A stretch of DNA of 64,000 bases from Minisyncoccota bacterium (GTDB lineage Bacteria; Patescibacteriota; Minisyncoccia; Phycocordibacterales; CAIZLB01). Position numbers and translations under genes: made by a program. Location of the stretch: NCBI GenBank assembly GCA_021734945.1, contig JAIPIA010000001.1, positions 308,415 through 372,414 of the forward strand. The letters run 5' to 3'. Below are positions 60,186-64,000 of this stretch, one piece after another (within the stretch, counting starts at the first letter, position 1; each line of letters starts with the position of its first letter). Below the pieces are notes generated by a model. That model worked only from the letters and a program-made list of their open reading frames with translations. It was not told where the DNA came from and ran no database searches.

Positions 60186-62708
60186 ATGAATAAAAATATC
60201 AATGACAACGGAGGTGCACAAAACGCGCAAAACACGACATCTTCAGCGACAGCGAATAACGGTTCAAACCAAGCTGACACAAATAACGCATCAGCATATA
60301 AAGCACCCAACATTCCTGCTCCGCTTTTATCACCCTACAAACCTGAATCTTCAGAAGTGGTGGTCATTGATATTCATGAAAAAAGCCAGCTCTCAAATCC
60401 TGACATATGTATCAAACTTGGTCTCACGTCAGATGAAGCTGAACACTTCTCTATAATACTTCCCCCTCCAAACGTAACAGGCACACTTCACCTTGGTCAT
60501 GGACTCATGGCATCACTTTCTGATATCAGTATTCGATTTGAACGAATGCGTGGAAAGCGTGCACTTTGGATTCCAGGAACAGATCATGCTGCTATCGCGA
60601 CACAATCTAAAGTAGAAAAAGAAATTTCCAAAAACGAAGGTAAGAGTAGATACGATCTTGGGCGTGAAGAACTTCTCCGACGAGTTGAAGAGTTCGCACA
60701 AGCAAGCCATGACACTATTGTCACACAAACAAAGCGAATGGGTACATCTCTCGATTGGTCACGCGAAGCCTATACACTCGATGCAACCCGAAACCACGCA
60801 GTACGAACAATGTTCAAAAAAATGTACGATGATGGACTTATATATCAAGGTTCTCGTATTGTAAATTGGGATCCAAAGGGTCAGACTACTATTGCTGATG
60901 ACGAGATTGTATACAAAGAAGATACAAGTAAATTTTATTATTTTAAATATGGACCATTCACGATTGGTACAGCACGACCTGAGACAAAATTTGGTGACAA
61001 GTACGTTGTAATGCATCCTAAAGATGAACGGTATAAGCAATATGAGCACGGACAGAAAATTACCGTTGAATGGATTAACGGACCTATCGAAGCCACTATT
61101 ATCAAAGATGAAACTATTGATATGGAATTTGGTACTGGAGTAATGACTATTACCCCATGGCACTCAGGCGTCGATTTTCAACTTGCTGAAAAATATAAGC
61201 TCGACAAAGAACAAATTATTGACCAAAAAGGGCGACTTCTCCCGATTGCTGGGCCAGAATTTGCAGGAATGAAGATTTCAGAGGCGCGAGAAAAGATAGT
61301 TGAAAAACTTGCAAGCAAAGGTCTCGTAGAAAAAATTGAAGATAAGTATATACACAATATTGCAACTGCTGAGCGAACCGGAGGAACAATTGAACCTCAA
61401 ATTATGAAGCAGTGGTTCGTCGCTGTAAACAAACCATTTATACTTCCCTTTTCTGATATAAAAGGCATTGAAGCTGGTAAAGAAACAACTCTCAAACAAA
61501 TCATGCGAGCTGCAGTTGATGGTGGTCAAGTTGAGCTTATTCCAGAACACTACAACAAAACGTATTTTCACTGGATTGATAACCTAAATGACTGGTGTAT
61601 TTCAAGACAGATTTGGTATGGACATCGAATTCCAGTTTGGTACAAAAAAGCTGAAGATGGAACTATTGCTGAAACGTATTGTGATATCTTAAGTCCAAAA
61701 GAAGCTGACAGAGCTGACGCTGACGAATTTGTTCAAGACGAAGACACTCTCGATACATGGTTCTCATCTGGCCTTTGGACTTTCTCTACAATGGGATGGC
61801 CTGAGGCATTTGATACAAAGACTGGTGCTATTCAAGCAGGTTCAGACCTCGCCCGATTTCACCCTACAAGCATTCTCATCACAGGCCCTGATATTATTTT
61901 CTTCTGGGTTGCACGTATGATTCTCATGACAGGCTACGCGATGGGTACAGTTCCATATGAACGTGTATATTTCAACGGACTAGTAAGAGACATGCAAGGT
62001 AGAAAAATGAGTAAATCTTTTGGAAACGGCGGTGACCCTGTAGAAATTTCTGAAAAGTACGGTGCTGACGCCCTCCGAATGTTTTATGCAATGGCTACGG
62101 CTCCTGGAACTGATACCAAACTTGATGAAAACAAGATCAAGGGTTTTAAGCATTTCGCAAACAAGCTATGGAATATTACACGCTTTATTTTGACGATGGC
62201 AGAAGAACAAAAAAATAAGGACGTCTCAAGTACAGCGACATATGATGCAAACTTTTCAGCATGGTCTGCAAAAGATATCGAACTTATCGCTGAACGAGAT
62301 GAACTTATAAAAACTATTACGAAAGAACTGGAGGAACTTCGTTATCATCTTGCTTCAGACAAGATTTACCAATACACATGGTCACGTTTTGCGGACATTA
62401 TTCTTGAAGAATCAAAAATAATATTTAATGGGCGTGCAGAAAAAGTAGATGCAACAGATCCAGAAAATCCAGCAAAAAACCACACAGCACTACCTGCAGG
62501 TACTCAAGAAGAAAAAAATTCTCGAATTCAATTCCTGCTCCATACACTCAGAACGCTTCTTGTAGTTGTTCACCCATTCATGCCGCATGTAACAGAAGAA
62601 CTCTGGTCAATTATTAACACAGGAAAGAGTTTGAACGACATGAGCTCTGAAGAACGTGCTAAAATAAATGCAGCCGATCTGTTGATGGCTCACAAATGGC
62701 CGAATTAA
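60186..62708 (+). CDS. valS: Valine--tRNA ligase lacking the C-terminal coiled coil
   Basis: PPPNVTGTLHLGH, DHAAIATQ, DWCISRQIWYGH, DTLDTWFSS, KMSKS. Confidence 0.96.
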   Translation: MNKNINDNGGAQNAQNTTSSATANNGSNQADTNNASAYKAPNIPAPLLSPYKPESSEVVVIDIHEKSQLSNPDICIKLGLTSDEAEHFSIILPPPNVTGTLHLGHGLMASLSDISIRFERMRGKRALWIPGTDHAAIATQSKVEKEISKNEGKSRYDLGREELLRRVEEFAQASHDTIVTQTKRMGTSLDWSREAYTLDATRNHAVRTMFKKMYDDGLIYQGSRIVNWDPKGQTTIADDEIVYKEDTSKFYYFKYGPFTIGTARPETKFGDKYVVMHPKDERYKQYEHGQKITVEWINGPIEATIIKDETIDMEFGTGVMTITPWHSGVDFQLAEKYKLDKEQIIDQKGRLLPIAGPEFAGMKISEAREKIVEKLASKGLVEKIEDKYIHNIATAERTGGTIEPQIMKQWFVAVNKPFILPFSDIKGIEAGKETTLKQIMRAAVDGGQVELIPEHYNKTYFHWIDNLNDWCISRQIWYGHRIPVWYKKAEDGTIAETYCDILSPKEADRADADEFVQDEDTLDTWFSSGLWTFSTMGWPEAFDTKTGAIQAGSDLARFHPTSILITGPDIIFFWVARMILMTGYAMGTVPYERVYFNGLVRDMQGRKMSKSFGNGGDPVEISEKYGADALRMFYAMATAPGTDTKLDENKIKGFKHFANKLWNITRFILTMAEEQKNKDVSSTATYDANFSAWSAKDIELIAERDELIKTITKELEELRYHLASDKIYQYTWSRFADIILEESKIIFNGRAEKVDATDPENPAKNHTALPAGTQEEKNSRIQFLLHTLRTLLVVVHPFMPHVTEELWSIINTGKSLNDMSSEERAKINAADLLMAHKWPN

Positions 62709-63538
62709 TTACATCTGTATTCTCATATTTAGGATTTTCAATTTCTAATATAATTATTGTAACTGCACATTTTGTGTTTGCGAGTTACGCAGGTATTGCA
62801 CAGGCATTATCAAACTCACCAACTTTTGTTTTACAATCATTTGTATATGCCTTTATAGGTGGACTTTTTCCTGCACTTATTTGGTTATGGTTTTGGATGC
62901 ACGAAAACCTAGACCATCGAGAACCAAAATACACACTCCGACTTACCTTTTTAGCAGGTATGTGTGCTGTACTACTTGTATTTCCATTTCAAAAACTCAT
63001 TGCTTGGATAATTGGTGGAGAACCAGGAACATGGACCATTATATTCTTGTGGGCAGCCCTCGAAGAATTATTTAAATACTGGGCAGCTTACTTTTTCGCT
63101 CTTCGAAACAAAAGTGAAGTTTTTGATGAACCCATAGATGCCTTTGTATATCTAATGACAGCAGCACTTGGATTTGCAGCTCTGGAAAATACTTTATTTC
63201 TCATCGGACCATTACTACAAGGAAACACGCTCTCATCAATACTTGTAGGAAATATGCGTTTTATGGGAGCAAACCTACTTCATGTTGCATCTTCAGGACT
63301 TCTTTCATTATTTATTGCCTTTGCATATTTTAAACCAGTTTGGAAACAGAGACTTTACACGATTATTGGTCTTTTTGTAGCCTTTCTTTTCCATGCTGGA
63401 TTCAACTTTCTTCTTACCATGATTGATAATGGACTTATTGGAAAAGAAAAAATATTTCTCGCTTTCTCTTTCGTATGGATTACATTGATAATTCTTATAC
63501 TCGCGCTTGAGAAAGTTAAGAAAATCAAGGAGTTTTAG
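62696..63538 (+). CDS. prsW: PrsW-family intramembrane metalloprotease
   Basis: EELFK, ALGFAALEN, LLHVASS, FHAGFN. Confidence 0.88.
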   Translation: MAELITSVFSYLGFSISNIIIVTAHFVFASYAGIAQALSNSPTFVLQSFVYAFIGGLFPALIWLWFWMHENLDHREPKYTLRLTFLAGMCAVLLVFPFQKLIAWIIGGEPGTWTIIFLWAALEELFKYWAAYFFALRNKSEVFDEPIDAFVYLMTAALGFAALENTLFLIGPLLQGNTLSSILVGNMRFMGANLLHVASSGLLSLFIAFAYFKPVWKQRLYTIIGLFVAFLFHAGFNFLLTMIDNGLIGKEKIFLAFSFVWITLIILILALEKVKKIKEF

Positions 63539-63609
63539 CTGCTCTTTTATTTTTCATCTTATACATGTTGGTGTATAATAAAGAGCGAATTAAGTATTAA
63601 TTAAATCAT

Positions 63610-64000
63610 ATGAAAAAAAGATCTTTTTTTGAACGACTGACAGGAAGTATTAATATTGACGATGAAGAATTAGAACATGATGAAGAATCTGACATCGAAC
63701 CACAAATAGAAGTACGTGGAAACGCTCGAACTGAAACATCTCGTGAGAGCCGATTTGCTCCAAAGAGTAGAGGTATTTTTGGGCGTGAAAGAGAAGAAGA
63801 AAGACAAATAACTTCTACATGGAATGAGGAACCGTCAGGCGAAGGAGAGCTTTCTCTAGATGTATTTCAAACTCCTGATGAGATTATCGTACGAGCTATG
63901 ATTCCAGGTGTACGAAAAGATGATATGGATATTTCTATCTCAAGAGACAGTATCACCATCAAAGGCTCAAGAAAAGAAGATAAAATTATCGCTGACCAAG
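63610..64000 (+). CDS. Hsp20/alpha-crystallin family protein; 3' truncated by window edge
   Basis: MKKRSFFERLTGS...EGELSLDVFQTPDEIIVRAMIPGVRKDDMDISI..DSITIKGSR. Confidence 0.85.
   Translation, partial: MKKRSFFERLTGSINIDDEELEHDEESDIEPQIEVRGNARTETSRESRFAPKSRGIFGREREEERQITSTWNEEPSGEGELSLDVFQTPDEIIVRAMIPGVRKDDMDISISRDSITIKGSRKEDKIIADQ

Noticed and set aside
1..64000. Full UGA recoding (code 25 or 4), or a prophage
   Set aside because: Long core genes are open in code 11 with no in-frame TGA; no integrase, terminase, capsid or transposase genes were seen.

Overview
AT-rich bacterial chromosome segment that looks like Patescibacteria/CPR (Parcubacteria-like). This assignment is inferred from an N-terminally short IF2, a ValRS lacking the C-terminal coiled coil, a six-gene TrbC/VirB2-like pilin array and a degenerate HisRS paralog. 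The backbone is housekeeping (ilvE, rpmG, clpB, iscS, rpmF, rnhB, dnaE, thrS, infB, rbfA, gyrA, rpsA, pth, lepB, rpsU, ybeY, ftsA, ftsZ, trxB, tsaD, valS, prsW, hsp20, 8 tRNAs) and is interspersed with single-gene orphan cassettes. The most notable features are non-coding. (1) A promoter-driven 101-nt tRNA-like RNA with a greatly enlarged anticodon arm lies directly upstream of an OLD-family ATPase/TOPRIM nuclease. (2) Two related ~210-230 bp structured elements follow tRNA-Trp and tRNA-Glu; they share a covarying hairpin and end in a CCA-bearing copy of the host tRNA 3' end. (3) A tiny convergent RNA with a near-consensus promoter overlaps the stop of an orphan PemK/MazF toxin. (4) An ECF sigma cassette is flanked by a duplicated rpmF 3' end. 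(5) No recognisable core gene ends in TGA, and the tRNA-Trp has a weakened anticodon stem. All calls were made by eye from the sequence and ORF track; no database searches or folding computations were run.
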